From a virus, in IMG/VR virus record IMGVR_UViG_3300010366_000011, positions 1 to 64,000 of that record: a stretch of DNA of 64,000 bases; one strand, written 5' to 3'. This document shows positions 56,214 through 64,000 of this stretch, one piece after another. Each line of letters opens with the position of its first letter. Position 1 is the first letter of the stretch. The notes beneath the pieces were generated by a model. That model was not told where the DNA came from. It worked only from the letters and a program-made list of their open reading frames with translations, and made no database searches. Both the position numbers and the translations under genes were made by a program.

Positions 56214-57745
56214 GGCACTCCTCCTGCTGGATTCGGCGTGGATCGGTCCTCGATCGGCTTGCCGCACCACCGGCAGACACGAGCGCCGGCGATGTTCGGC
56301 TTCTCACAGTGCGGACACGGCGGGGCGGCAGATCGCATCCAGCCCTCCGTGGATGTCGGCACCAACACCGAGTAGGCACCCGAGCCGCCGTCGACCTGGT
56401 CGTCATGGGCCCCATGAGGGAAAACGTCATACTCCGCCAAGCAGTCCTCGTTCCAGGGCGCCTCAAGCATCTTGACATTACCCGCCTGCCACTGGGACGC
56501 AAGCGGATCCGCCCGCAGCACCTTGTCACCGCTGGAGGTCCGCCAGTTTACCGAGAAACCACCGAGCAGAGGCACCAGCGTCCCCGTGATGTAGAGCTCC
56601 CCCTCCGAACCTGGCTCCTGTTCGATCCAGACGGGGCACTCCCGGCCGTCCTGGATGGCCGTGTGACGCATCCGCTCCTGAAGGTCTTTGGCCCGCCACC
56701 GGCCCCGCCGGACATCGGCGATGAAAAGCTGGCCGTTCGGCGCCCGGCCGAGCTTGAACCCCACCGTCCAGTCCGGGTCCGACTTCTCCCGCTTCTTGCC
56801 GGCAGCCAGATCCCACCACCGGACGAAGCGACAGTCGGCCGGCAGCGCCGAGACGATCTCCACCGTCTCCCGGGGGAACATGCCGCCCTTGCGCGGCGAG
56901 GGCCGGCCCTGGTACTGCGCTGCGAACCAGTACGCTCCGCCCGGGGAGTCCCGGAGCTGGATCAGGTAGACCTTTTCGAACATCTCGACCCACAGGGGCT
57001 CGCCCTCGTCCCTGCCAAGCGGGTCATTCTCCTCGGCCAGCGCCGGGAGACGGACCTCGGAGAAACCGGCCTTGCGGATCAACTGGCCGCCGATGTCCTG
57101 CTCGTCCCATCGGGTCATGATAACCAGAACGGACGATATCTTGTGGAGCCGGGTCCGGCCGACGGCCAGCCACCAGTCCCAGTGCTTCCTCTGGACTACC
57201 TCTGACTGCGCCTCTTCGGCATTCTTGACCGGATCATCGATGATCAGCAGGTCGGCAGGCTTTCCGGTGACCGGGCCCCCGATGCCCGCCGTCCGCATAG
57301 CCCCCCGGCGGCCAGTGATCTGCCAGCGGTTGGCGGCGGAGGAGTCCGACCGGACGGACACGCCAAACACCGAGGGGCCGAATTCCTCGAGCACGTCGCG
57401 GGCCTTGCGACCCCACTCCGAGGCGAAGTCGGCTTCGTAGCTGGCCAGGATGACGCTGCGGTCGGGAAATCGTCCGAGATACCACGCTGGCCCGAAATGG
57501 GAGCATAGCGAGGACTTCCCATGCTGAGGCGGTACCGTCACCACCGCCCGGACCGGTTCGAAGGCCGCCCGGACGATCAGGTGGTTGACAAACTCAAGAT
57601 GTGGGGCCGGCCTCCACCAACCTCGGCTTGCCAGGATCGCCAGGGCCGCCGGGCTCGTCCTCGCCGCTGCTATCTGAGCTTCGTGCAGCGAGAGCGAGGA
57701 AGCGGACTCCGGCGTCCACGACGCGCGGGTCGTTCGTTGGCTCAA
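56210..57745 (-). CDS. terL: Terminase large subunit
   Basis: VPPQHGKS Walker A, LLIIDDPVK Walker B, MTRW, WDLA, FPHGAHDDQVD. Confidence 0.95.
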   Translation of the reverse strand: MSQRTTRASWTPESASSLSLHEAQIAAARTSPAALAILASRGWWRPAPHLEFVNHLIVRAAFEPVRAVVTVPPQHGKSSLCSHFGPAWYLGRFPDRSVILASYEADFASEWGRKARDVLEEFGPSVFGVSVRSDSSAANRWQITGRRGAMRTAGIGGPVTGKPADLLIIDDPVKNAEEAQSEVVQRKHWDWWLAVGRTRLHKISSVLVIMTRWDEQDIGGQLIRKAGFSEVRLPALAEENDPLGRDEGEPLWVEMFEKVYLIQLRDSPGGAYWFAAQYQGRPSPRKGGMFPRETVEIVSALPADCRFVRWWDLAAGKKREKSDPDWTVGFKLGRAPNGQLFIADVRRGRWRAKDLQERMRHTAIQDGRECPVWIEQEPGSEGELYITGTLVPLLGGFSVNWRTSSGDKVLRADPLASQWQAGNVKMLEAPWNEDCLAEYDVFPHGAHDDQVDGGSGAYSVLVPTSTEGWMRSAAPPCPHCEKPNIAGARVCRWCGKPIEDRSTPNPAGGVP

Positions 57746-58094
57746 ACGTCATCGCCTGCCGCACGTCCGCCGAGACGTCCAAATGGTCACGCCGGGCCCA
57801 CCGGTCGGGGAAGCGCCGTGCCAGAAACTCAGCCGCAGCTCGCCAGTCCTCCGGGATGGCCTGCTGCCACTGGGCCACCATCCTGACCTCAGCTCGGGCT
57901 TCCGCTTCGCGAATAGCGTCGCGAAAGGCTCGATACTGACCAGTGCGTTCCCGCTCTCCGCGCTCCATCCAGCGCCAGAAGGTGGCTCGGGAAATACCGG
58001 CGTACCCGGCCGCTGCCTCAAGGTAGTTTCCGCTGCCGACCGCCGTCGCAATCCGCTCCCGGACAGCGTCGGTGAGCTTGGATGGTCTTCCCAT
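57594..58094 (-). CDS. terS: Terminase small subunit (HTH)
   Basis: MGRPSKLT..AAGYAGISRATFWRW..DWRAAAEFLARRFPDRW; upstream of terL. Confidence 0.85.
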   Translation of the reverse strand: MGRPSKLTDAVRERIATAVGSGNYLEAAAGYAGISRATFWRWMERGERERTGQYRAFRDAIREAEARAEVRMVAQWQQAIPEDWRAAAEFLARRFPDRWARRDHLDVSADVRQAMTFEPTNDPRVVDAGVRFLALAARSSDSSGEDEPGGPGDPGKPRLVEAGPTS

Positions 58095-58236
58095 GGATGC
58101 TCCCGAGAGTCAGTGGGGGCAGGAGTATATTTCACGCCCTGCTGGCCAATGTCAACACCTGGCCCTTTACCTGCGAGGATGCAACACCGAGCTTGGGCGC
58201 AATCACCCCACCACCTCGGATGCCGAAGTGGCATGC

Positions 58237-58668
58237 TCACGACTTGTTGGGCGGGGCCTCGGCGGGTCTGGGATGGCCACAGGCGTGGCAGAAGGGATGC
58301 TCAGCCGGCCGCAGGCGATGACACGTCCCGCAGTACCAACGCTTTGGCGGACGCCAGGTCGGGTTCTGCAGGCGGAACACGATCTCCTCTGCCAGATCGG
58401 ACAGACGTTTGTCCACCCGGCGCTGGTATGAGCGCACCGACGCCCTGGCCTGATCCGGGATCGGTGCATCGACAGCCCCGCGCGCGCTACCTACCTCCGT
58501 CAGGCTTCCACCGTATGAGGGACTGGCGGCAAACTGGAGGAGGCGGTAGGCCGCCAGGACTCTAGCGACACTGGGGGGCATCGGCCTCTCCCTACTCCCG
58601 TTGGGCGGAGCCATGCCCGCGGGCTCGGGCCTGACAGGTGGCCGATCCACGCGTCGCACGCTACCCAA
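58237..58668 (-). CDS. Hypothetical protein with C-terminal Zn ribbon
   Basis: CGTC..FCHACG; upstream of terS. Confidence 0.6.
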   Translation of the reverse strand: MGSVRRVDRPPVRPEPAGMAPPNGSRERPMPPSVARVLAAYRLLQFAASPSYGGSLTEVGSARGAVDAPIPDQARASVRSYQRRVDKRLSDLAEEIVFRLQNPTWRPPKRWYCGTCHRLRPAEHPFCHACGHPRPAEAPPNKS

Positions 58669-58765
58669 TCCTGTGTCGCCCTCCCAATCAGTGACACCCG
58701 AATTTCGCGGAGTTTAGCCTACCGGCGCTCCACTCCCCTTTCTTTGAAAGATTGTCACTGGGGGC

Positions 58766-58810
58766 TTGACAGTCCCATCTGTCGGGTGTATGGTCTACCT
58801 ACAAGGTAAA
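58766..58810 (+). promoter_or_regulatory. CAAGGTAAA-class promoter
   Basis: TTGACA-N17-TATGGT-N7-CAAGGTAAA. Confidence 0.87.
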
Positions 58811-58850
58811 TTCAACGACGAAGGGAGACCCAAACTCGACAGGATCCCAA

Positions 58851-59031
58851 GTGAAAGGGCGAGGGCCGCCGGTCCGGCCTAGCCCTGGGCTCGCTGGGCC
58901 AACATAGCCCGGTGGTTCGAGGCGGCCGGGGGAAACCCCGGTACGTACAGGCCAGCCGGGTTGAGGCCCTTCCCGGGGCAACTAGGGTCGAGAGGCGCCA
59001 CGCGGGTGGTCTTCGGGCCCTCGCCCTTCGC
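58851..59031 (+). ncRNA. Candidate rod-shaped structured RNA (or ssDNA hairpin)
   Basis: 13-bp closing helix 58855-58867/59016-59028, nested helices, terminal CCGGGG-GAAA-CCCCGG; no credible ORF; directly behind a promoter. Confidence 0.6.
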
Positions 59032-59040
59032 CGCAGCCCA

Positions 59041-59049
59041 CAAGGTAAA
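59041..59049 (+). promoter_or_regulatory. Promoter-less CAAGGTAAA copy
   Basis: Motif followed by GAAGGGAG RBS and ATG, with no -10 box 7 nt upstream. Confidence 0.6.
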
Positions 59050-59071
59050 TCTCACCCGAAGGGAGATCCAC

Positions 59072-59200
59072 ATGGCGAAGACCGCTGTTACCCCTGCTCC
59101 GAAGCCGAAGCCTGTACCGAAGCTGCTTGTCGGCTCCGGTGCTCCCTACTGGGACCTGGGCAATCCGCACCAGATTCTCTACGTTCCGAGGGCGCGCTGA
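59072..59200 (+). CDS. Small protein (42 aa)
   Basis: GAAGGGAG RBS; MAKTAVTPAPKPKP.. Confidence 0.55.
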   Translation: MAKTAVTPAPKPKPVPKLLVGSGAPYWDLGNPHQILYVPRAR

Positions 59201-59357
59201 TCCCCCCAGCCGCCTTGCCACCCACGATCGGGGGTTGGGCTCTGGCTCAGCCCCCGAGAAAGGTTCAAGACCATGAAGCTGTCCTTCGATCACGGCCAAG
59301 CGGTCCAGTTCACCGCCGTGTGGCCGGGGCGCTTGCCCGCGAGGAGGTGCCTGCCTG

Positions 59358-59681
59358 ATGGCCGATGACTGTCCCGCCTGCAGCTTCCCAGATGGCGCCC
59401 GGGAGCCGCATATTTGCCTTGGGCCGGCTCCTCCGGGGTCCTGTTGGCCAGCAGATGTCGAGGCTGCCTTACTGGCCGATCTGGTCTCCGCTGCTGGTAT
59501 CGCGGAGACGGCTGGCGTGAAGCTGAACACCGTCCGGGTGTGGAGGCGCCGGTGGCCGACCTTTCCCAAGCCCCTCGAGGCTCCGGGTGTCGACCGGAAA
59601 CTCTGGCGGTGGTCGGAGGTCAAAGCATGGCTGGAGGGCGGCCTCGCTGCCCGCCGCGGTGACGAGGGAGCTACGTCATGA
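59358..59681 (+). CDS. AlpA-like HTH DNA-binding protein
   Basis: DLVSAAGIAETAGVKLNTVRVWRRRWPTFPKP..LWRWSEVKAWL. Confidence 0.8.
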   Translation: MADDCPACSFPDGAREPHICLGPAPPGSCWPADVEAALLADLVSAAGIAETAGVKLNTVRVWRRRWPTFPKPLEAPGVDRKLWRWSEVKAWLEGGLAARRGDEGATS

Positions 59682-60265
59682 AAGCTCTTACGCTCACCCA
59701 GCCCTGGGCCACCCTCGTGGCGATCGGTGCCAAATCGATCGAGACCCGGTCCTGGCGGTCCGCCTACCGGGGACCACTGGCGATCCACGCCTCGGCCAGC
59801 ATGCCGGAAGCTTTCCGACACCTATGCGTCCCCGGCCCGGGCTACACCCGTAACGCCATCTGGGATGCGTTCCAGACTGCCGGCGTCAAGGGGCCCCGCC
59901 GCACTGATCGTCGGGTTACTACTGGCAACCTTCCCCTCGGCGCCGTAGTGGCAACGTGCGAGCTCGTGGACTGCGCTCTCATCGGCGGTCCGTACTCGTT
60001 CCGGACCGGCCTCGTGGAGGGCGACGAGGGTGACTACCCAGGCCGGGCCGTCCTGGTGCGCCGGGAGGCTATGTTGTCGTGGGATCCCCCCGGTGGGGTA
60101 CTCATCCTTGACGATGCTGAGACCCGGTGCACCGACGTATCGTCCGAGCTCCCCTTCGGCGATTTCACCCCCGGCCGCTGGGGGTGGATCTTGGACAACA
60201 TCATCGCCCTTTCCGAACCTATTCCCGTCAAGGGCGCGCTCGGGCTTTGGGAGTGGCAACGATGA
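59678..60265 (+). CDS. ASCH-domain protein
   Basis: MKALTLTQPWATLVAIGAKSIETRSW..YRGPLAIHA..PIPVKGALGLW. Confidence 0.92.
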   Translation: MKALTLTQPWATLVAIGAKSIETRSWRSAYRGPLAIHASASMPEAFRHLCVPGPGYTRNAIWDAFQTAGVKGPRRTDRRVTTGNLPLGAVVATCELVDCALIGGPYSFRTGLVEGDEGDYPGRAVLVRREAMLSWDPPGGVLILDDAETRCTDVSSELPFGDFTPGRWGWILDNIIALSEPIPVKGALGLWEWQR

Positions 60266-60522
60266 TCCGTTTCCTCGCACAGCTCGCCGCTGCCGGCATC
60301 GTCGGGTTTGCCCTCACCGTCCTGGCTGCCCTGGCGGCCACCCTCATGCTGATCGCCTTCGGTCTTCTGATCCTGGTTTGGCTCGCGGGCTTGATCTGGG
60401 TAGCCGCCACCATTGGGGGAATGAAGGCGGTTGTTTGGCTCGCGGATTGGAGCCGGCGCCGGATTGAGAAGCACTACGGTGCCTCCCACCAGGAGCTTCC
60501 TGATTGGTTTGACCGGCCATGA
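60262..60522 (+). CDS. Small membrane protein (paralog 1)
   Basis: ATGA overlap; long hydrophobic stretch. Confidence 0.65.
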   Translation: MIRFLAQLAAAGIVGFALTVLAALAATLMLIAFGLLILVWLAGLIWVAATIGGMKAVVWLADWSRRRIEKHYGASHQELPDWFDRP

Positions 60523-60686
60523 CCGTCCTCGGTTTCGCCCTCGCGGTCCTGGCTGCCCTGGCGGCCACCCTCATGCTGATCGCCCTGGTAGCACTTCGGC
60601 TCGTCCTGCTTCCCGTGATCCTCCTGGTCACCGTGTGGGCGGTGCTGCTGCCCAGGCCCCGGAAGAGAAGTCGCCGGCGACGGTAG
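60519..60686 (+). CDS. Small membrane protein (paralog 2, 55 aa)
   Basis: ATGA overlap; shares 39 identical bp with paralog 1; basic tail. Confidence 0.6.
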   Translation: MTVLGFALAVLAALAATLMLIALVALRLVLLPVILLVTVWAVLLPRPRKRSRRRR

Positions 60687-60688
60687 CC

Positions 60689-60874
60689 ATGTCCTGGGAT
60701 TTGCTGGAGCTGTCGGGCATGGCCGGCCTCGCTGTCGCCCTAGCCGTGTTCGCCCTGGGCTGCTTGCTGATCGCGGTCGCCCTGGCGGGGTGGTGGCTCT
60801 GGCAGGTAGTCCGCTATCTCCGATGGCGACTTGCCAATCATCGGAATCAGATGTATGATGACCGTACAAGGTAA
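60689..60874 (+). CDS. Small membrane protein (paralog 3)
   Basis: GLAVALAVFALGCLLIAVALAG. Confidence 0.55.
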   Translation: MSWDLLELSGMAGLAVALAVFALGCLLIAVALAGWWLWQVVRYLRWRLANHRNQMYDDRTR

Positions 60875-60875
60875 A
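60831..60875 (+). promoter_or_regulatory. CAAGGTAAA-class promoter
   Basis: TTGCCA-N17-TATGAT-N7-CAAGGTAAA. Confidence 0.85.
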
Positions 60876-60896
60876 CCTCCCCGAAAGGAGCCCACC

Positions 60897-61196
60897 ATGA
60901 ACCTCCCTGCCCACCGAGCCGCCTTCATCGCCTGCCCCAGCGACCACTCGCTGGACAACATCACCGGGTACCACGTCCGGGTGACCGTGACCGACGAGGG
61001 TCACATCGTCAACGGCCCGGTCATCGCCGTGGTCGAAGGCGCCACCAACTACGGCGCTGCTCTCGAGGTCGTCCACGCCTACCGGGATGCCCACCCGAAG
61101 GGCTACGCCATCATTGACCAGATCCACGCCTGCGGGCACTCGTCGGCAGACTGGGACTGGGCCGAGCGGGCGGAGATTGTCGCCCAAGTCGGATGA
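60897..61196 (+). CDS. Hypothetical protein
   Basis: ATG at 60897 after GAAAGGAG; strong GC3 bias. Confidence 0.75.
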   Translation: MNLPAHRAAFIACPSDHSLDNITGYHVRVTVTDEGHIVNGPVIAVVEGATNYGAALEVVHAYRDAHPKGYAIIDQIHACGHSSADWDWAERAEIVAQVG

Positions 61197-61397
61197 CGTG
61201 CGACGCCACGACCTAGGCACCGGACTCGGGGAACGCCTCCGGCTGGCTCGGGAAGAGCTGGGCTGGCCGGTTATGGAGTGAAGTTGACAAGGCGGCGCGG
61301 GCGACCTACGAAGAAAGTATCGAGCAGCCCAAAGGCACTGGGTAGGGCAGAGGATGGCGGGACTGACGGACTACCTCCTTATCTTCTCCCGCCCATC

Positions 61398-61625
61398 TCA
61401 GGGGACACGGGCCTCGCAGACCTTGCAGCGGACAGCGGTGAGCTTCAGAGCCGTGACGTCGTCTGTGAACATGCGCCGCAGGATTCGCTCCGGTACACCT
61501 CGGTGGCCGCAGAGGGTAGGCCAGTACTGGCGGATGCCATCGGGGTCAAGGCCCTTGTTCGGATCAAGGATATGGCGCTTGCCAGCCGCGTAGGAATTGG
61601 TTGTGAAGATATCCGCGGGATCCAT
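61398..61625 (-). CDS. Small Zn-finger-like protein
   Basis: H..TLCG..CKVC. Confidence 0.5.
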   Translation of the reverse strand: MDPADIFTTNSYAAGKRHILDPNKGLDPDGIRQYWPTLCGHRGVPERILRRMFTDDVTALKLTAVRCKVCEARVP

Positions 61626-61668
61626 TGGCCCAAAGAGTATCCCCCCTGCCCCGACGTGGGTCGAGGAT

Positions 61669-62055
61669 TCAGGGCAGTTGACCCTTCGGCCCGGTCATCT
61701 TCGGGTGCCCAAGTCGATCACGGGGAGGCTCCGGCGTACCGTGCAGGTAGCGATCCTTCCACCAGCAGACCGGACAGTCCCCCTGCTCATACGGCCAGTC
61801 AGGTTCCGGACCGGGATCTTGCCAACCCTCCCCGACGACTACGCTCGTGATTCCCTCACTAGCACCGCATCCTATACATCGGCACCACGTGCCCATCAGA
61901 ACCGCAGCAGGCCCGAGACGGGGCCACCCGTGGAGGTAGACTAGCTCCTTCGGCGCCATGGGTTCTGGTTTGGGCTCCGTCACCGGGTCAACATACAGCG
62001 CGCGGTGGACGCTCGCCGCTACCACGTGAACCAGGCCAACAGTTCGGTCGGTCAT
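61669..62055 (-). CDS. Hypothetical Zn-ribbon protein
   Basis: CIGC..CPVC; start follows the upstream stop. Confidence 0.55.
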   Translation of the reverse strand: MTDRTVGLVHVVAASVHRALYVDPVTEPKPEPMAPKELVYLHGWPRLGPAAVLMGTWCRCIGCGASEGITSVVVGEGWQDPGPEPDWPYEQGDCPVCWWKDRYLHGTPEPPRDRLGHPKMTGPKGQLP

Positions 62056-62059
62056 CAAT

Positions 62060-62461
62060 CTACCCTTCCTCGCCGCGCTCACCGAGTTCCTTGGCCACCC
62101 TCCGGAGCACGTCGGCGACCTCGCCAGCCGTGCGATCCTCATCATCGTTCCAAGCCGCGATGTTGTCCCAACCCAGGCGACGAATGAAGCTCTCCAGAGA
62201 GCGCTCCGCCTGGCCGACGAAGTGCCTTCCCCGCCTGAGGCGGGCATCTGCCCGGATCGCCCCCGCCGCGCACCAGCGTTGCGCTCTCGGGTCCTCCGGC
62301 TGGCACACCGCCCCACCGCCATCCCTCGCACCCACGCCCTGGACCCAGCCCCCGAACTGAACCATGTCGGCGGCTGCCAGAAGGTGAGCAATGGTATCTG
62401 CGGTCGGCTCGGCCGGCAGCGTGGCCCCGGCGCCGCCCCTGCCCCGCCACGGCCAGGTCAC
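62060..62461 (-). CDS. DUF6197-like protein
   Basis: LLAAAD..GWVQG..CAAGAI..IAAWNDDEDRTAGEV. Confidence 0.7.
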   Translation of the reverse strand: MTWPWRGRGGAGATLPAEPTADTIAHLLAAADMVQFGGWVQGVGARDGGGAVCQPEDPRAQRWCAAGAIRADARLRRGRHFVGQAERSLESFIRRLGWDNIAAWNDDEDRTAGEVADVLRRVAKELGERGEEG

Positions 62462-62682
62462 TTCGAGGCCGCCAGCCAGGTGACCTCCGCCTGGGCACGC
62501 GCGAGCAGGTCAGGGTCCGTGTTCCGACCATGCTCGAGGTCGCTGTAGACCTGGGCGGGGATGCCCAAGGCTTTCGCCAGATCCCGCAGGCTGAGGCCCG
62601 CCCCGACCCGTGCCTCCCAGAGCCGCTGGGCAGCTGAGGTTGTGAGGGTAGGAACGGGACGGGCCCCGCCGCATCGGTTCAC
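62458..62682 (-). CDS. XRE-family HTH regulator
   Basis: LWEARVGAGLSLRDLAKALGIPAQVYSDLEHG. Confidence 0.85.
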   Translation of the reverse strand: MNRCGGARPVPTLTTSAAQRLWEARVGAGLSLRDLAKALGIPAQVYSDLEHGRNTDPDLLARAQAEVTWLAASK

Positions 62683-63164
62683 GCCGGGTCGATCACCGTG
62701 GCGGTGAGGGTGTTGCCCTCCCGGTGGATCTTGACACTCAGGCCGGCCTTGCGCGCCAGGGTGTAGACCTGGGCGCTGGCCGTGGCGTGCGGCGTCTTCC
62801 CGCCGGTGGGGCCGACGCTCGGAACCGTGATGACCAGCGTGCCGTCGCGCTGCAAGGCCTCGAGGTACTCGGCGTTGCGGCTGCCGGCCCGGACCCGGCC
62901 GCTGGCGCCGGTCGGAAGGTGAATCTTGTCGGCCGCGTAGAAGTGTGGTTTGCCCTCGCGGTCGATGACCCGGGCCTGAAGGATGCCCTTGCCCCGGGTG
63001 CGGCGGTAGAAATCGAAGGTGAAGATGCCGCGCTGTCCGTCGACGGCGATCTCCTGGCCCTTCGCAAAGGCCGGAGGCTCCGGTGCTTCGGGCACGAGTA
63101 CAGCAAGCTCCTCGACGGGCTCGGTGGCTTCGGGTGCGGCGTCAAGCTCTGCAGCGTCAATCAT
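62679..63164 (-). CDS. Hypothetical protein
   Basis: GGAAGG RBS; GTGA overlap with the next gene. Confidence 0.7.
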   Translation of the reverse strand: MIDAAELDAAPEATEPVEELAVLVPEAPEPPAFAKGQEIAVDGQRGIFTFDFYRRTRGKGILQARVIDREGKPHFYAADKIHLPTGASGRVRAGSRNAEYLEALQRDGTLVITVPSVGPTGGKTPHATASAQVYTLARKAGLSVKIHREGNTLTATVIDPA

Positions 63165-63376
63165 GGACCTTCCCCTTGCTCGGACGACGGGCCTTGTTCC
63201 CGCCGATCAAGCACCAGTATCCGCACTCTGTCACCAAAAGCAATGGGTAATGCTCAGAAAGCACGTGAACAGTCCTTAACCCTTCGGTACGTCGAAGGTC
63301 TCCAGATGACGCAGGTGCTGGCGGGTGATGGCCGGGAGGCCGTTCCACCAGCCCCGCAGGCGACGCAGCCAGCGCC

Positions 63377-64000
63377 TCACGCCAGCTCCGGATGGAGGGC
63401 CGCCAGGCGCTCGAGCGCCACGGCGGTGTACTTCGGGACCAGCTCCATGAGTCTCGCCCTCCGACCCCCCAGTTCGCATGCGACGGCGGTGCTGCCGCTC
63501 CCGCCGAAGGGATCGTAAACCAGCGCGCCCGGTTCACTCGAATTTTCCAGAGCGCCGGTGATCAGCCCCAGGGGTTTGGTGGTCGGGTGCAGCTCGGAAC
63601 GCTTCGGTCGGTCGACGTCAAGCACGGTGCTGGCGGCCTTGCCGTACCAGGGAAGCTCGCCCGCTCCCGTTCCCGTTGCTCCATAGAGCACATTCTCATG
63701 GCGGTAGTGGTAGTCCGAGTGACCGAGCACCATGGTGTCCTTCTTCCAGACCAGACTGCGCTCGAGGCGCCAGCCGGCGGCCCGGATCGCCCGCACGAAG
63801 ATCAGCCAGTGCCGCCCTGCCGGGGCGGCACTGTAGAAAGGAGCGCTGGGGATCAGGTGCGAGGTGGCCACCCGGAACACCCGGGCGAGGAGGTCGGGAA
63901 GCTCCGCCAGGTGGTCGTTGTCGATCGTCAGGGCATCCGCCGTCTTCCCCTCGTAGTCGACGCCGTAAGGCGGATCCGTCCACAGCAGGTCTGCCAGCTT
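63377..64000 (-). CDS. N6-adenine/N4-cytosine DNA methyltransferase, C-terminal part
   Basis: WTDPPYGV catalytic motif, HPTTKP, YDPFGGSGST; frame open to the window edge. Confidence 0.93.
   Translation of the reverse strand, partial: KLADLLWTDPPYGVDYEGKTADALTIDNDHLAELPDLLARVFRVATSHLIPSAPFYSAAPAGRHWLIFVRAIRAAGWRLERSLVWKKDTMVLGHSDYHYRHENVLYGATGTGAGELPWYGKAASTVLDVDRPKRSELHPTTKPLGLITGALENSSEPGALVYDPFGGSGSTAVACELGGRRARLMELVPKYTAVALERLAALHPELA

Larger units (their letters stand above)
1..64000. mobile_element. Siphovirus-like actinobacterial phage/prophage segment carrying a conjugation module; extends beyond both window ends
   Basis: Full virion morphogenesis and lysis gene set, phage-type small accessory ORFs on both flanks, no host housekeeping genes, truncated genes at both ends, no tail sheath gene seen. 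Confidence 0.9.

Noticed and set aside
58890-58945. tRNA (GGTTCGA), SRP RNA or HDV-like ribozyme within the structured element
   Set aside because: No T-stem or cloverleaf, no SRP domain IV consensus, and the HDV resemblance is only a short word match without the nested pseudoknot
58851-59031. Retron msr-msd or DGR template
   Set aside because: No reverse transcriptase in the window and no adenine-specific repeat pair
556-60896. Shared N-terminal peptide MxxxQGK in ORFs 382..576, 1219..1779, 7976..8236 and 60831..61196
   Set aside because: The ATG lies inside the -10 box (TATGnT), the motif is out of frame at other copies, and each gene has a proper RBS and start downstream; conservation is at nucleotide level
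63377-64000. Restriction-modification system
   Set aside because: Only a phage-type methyltransferase is visible; no cognate restriction enzyme within the window

Overview
The whole window reads as one GC-rich tailed-phage (siphovirus-like) genome segment from an actinobacterial host; genes are cut off at both ends and no integrase or att site is visible. A minus-strand late region (about 58.1 to 22.8 kb) encodes the small and large terminase, a portal-MuF fusion, prohead protease/scaffold, major capsid protein, fibre/decoration proteins, head-tail and tail proteins, tape measure protein, a GH25 endolysin and holin-like genes. Directly after the lysis genes and in the same orientation (21.8 to 10.5 kb) is a Gram-positive-type conjugation module: HTH, pilin-like protein, TcpE, VirB4, adhesin, VirB6-like protein, peptidoglycan hydrolase, VirD4-like coupling protein and a replication-relaxation relaxase. 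Two cis-motifs tie the parts together. One is a family of seven sigma70-type promoters with CAAGGTAAA exactly 7 nt after the -10 box, found on both flanks. The other is an ACTTGTCGACAAGT palindromic operator at both tra promoters and inside one CAAGGTAAA promoter. The main hypothesis is a single element that can spread both as virions and by conjugation. Other notable items: a 292-nt ORF-less group I intron splitting the capsid gene next to a free-standing EndoVII endonuclease, a ~180-nt rod-like candidate ncRNA, a -1 frameshift in the tail chaperone, a phage-borne McdR/Rv1830-like regulator and a decayed HerA-like ATPase. All family calls come from motif recognition by eye; no searches were run.
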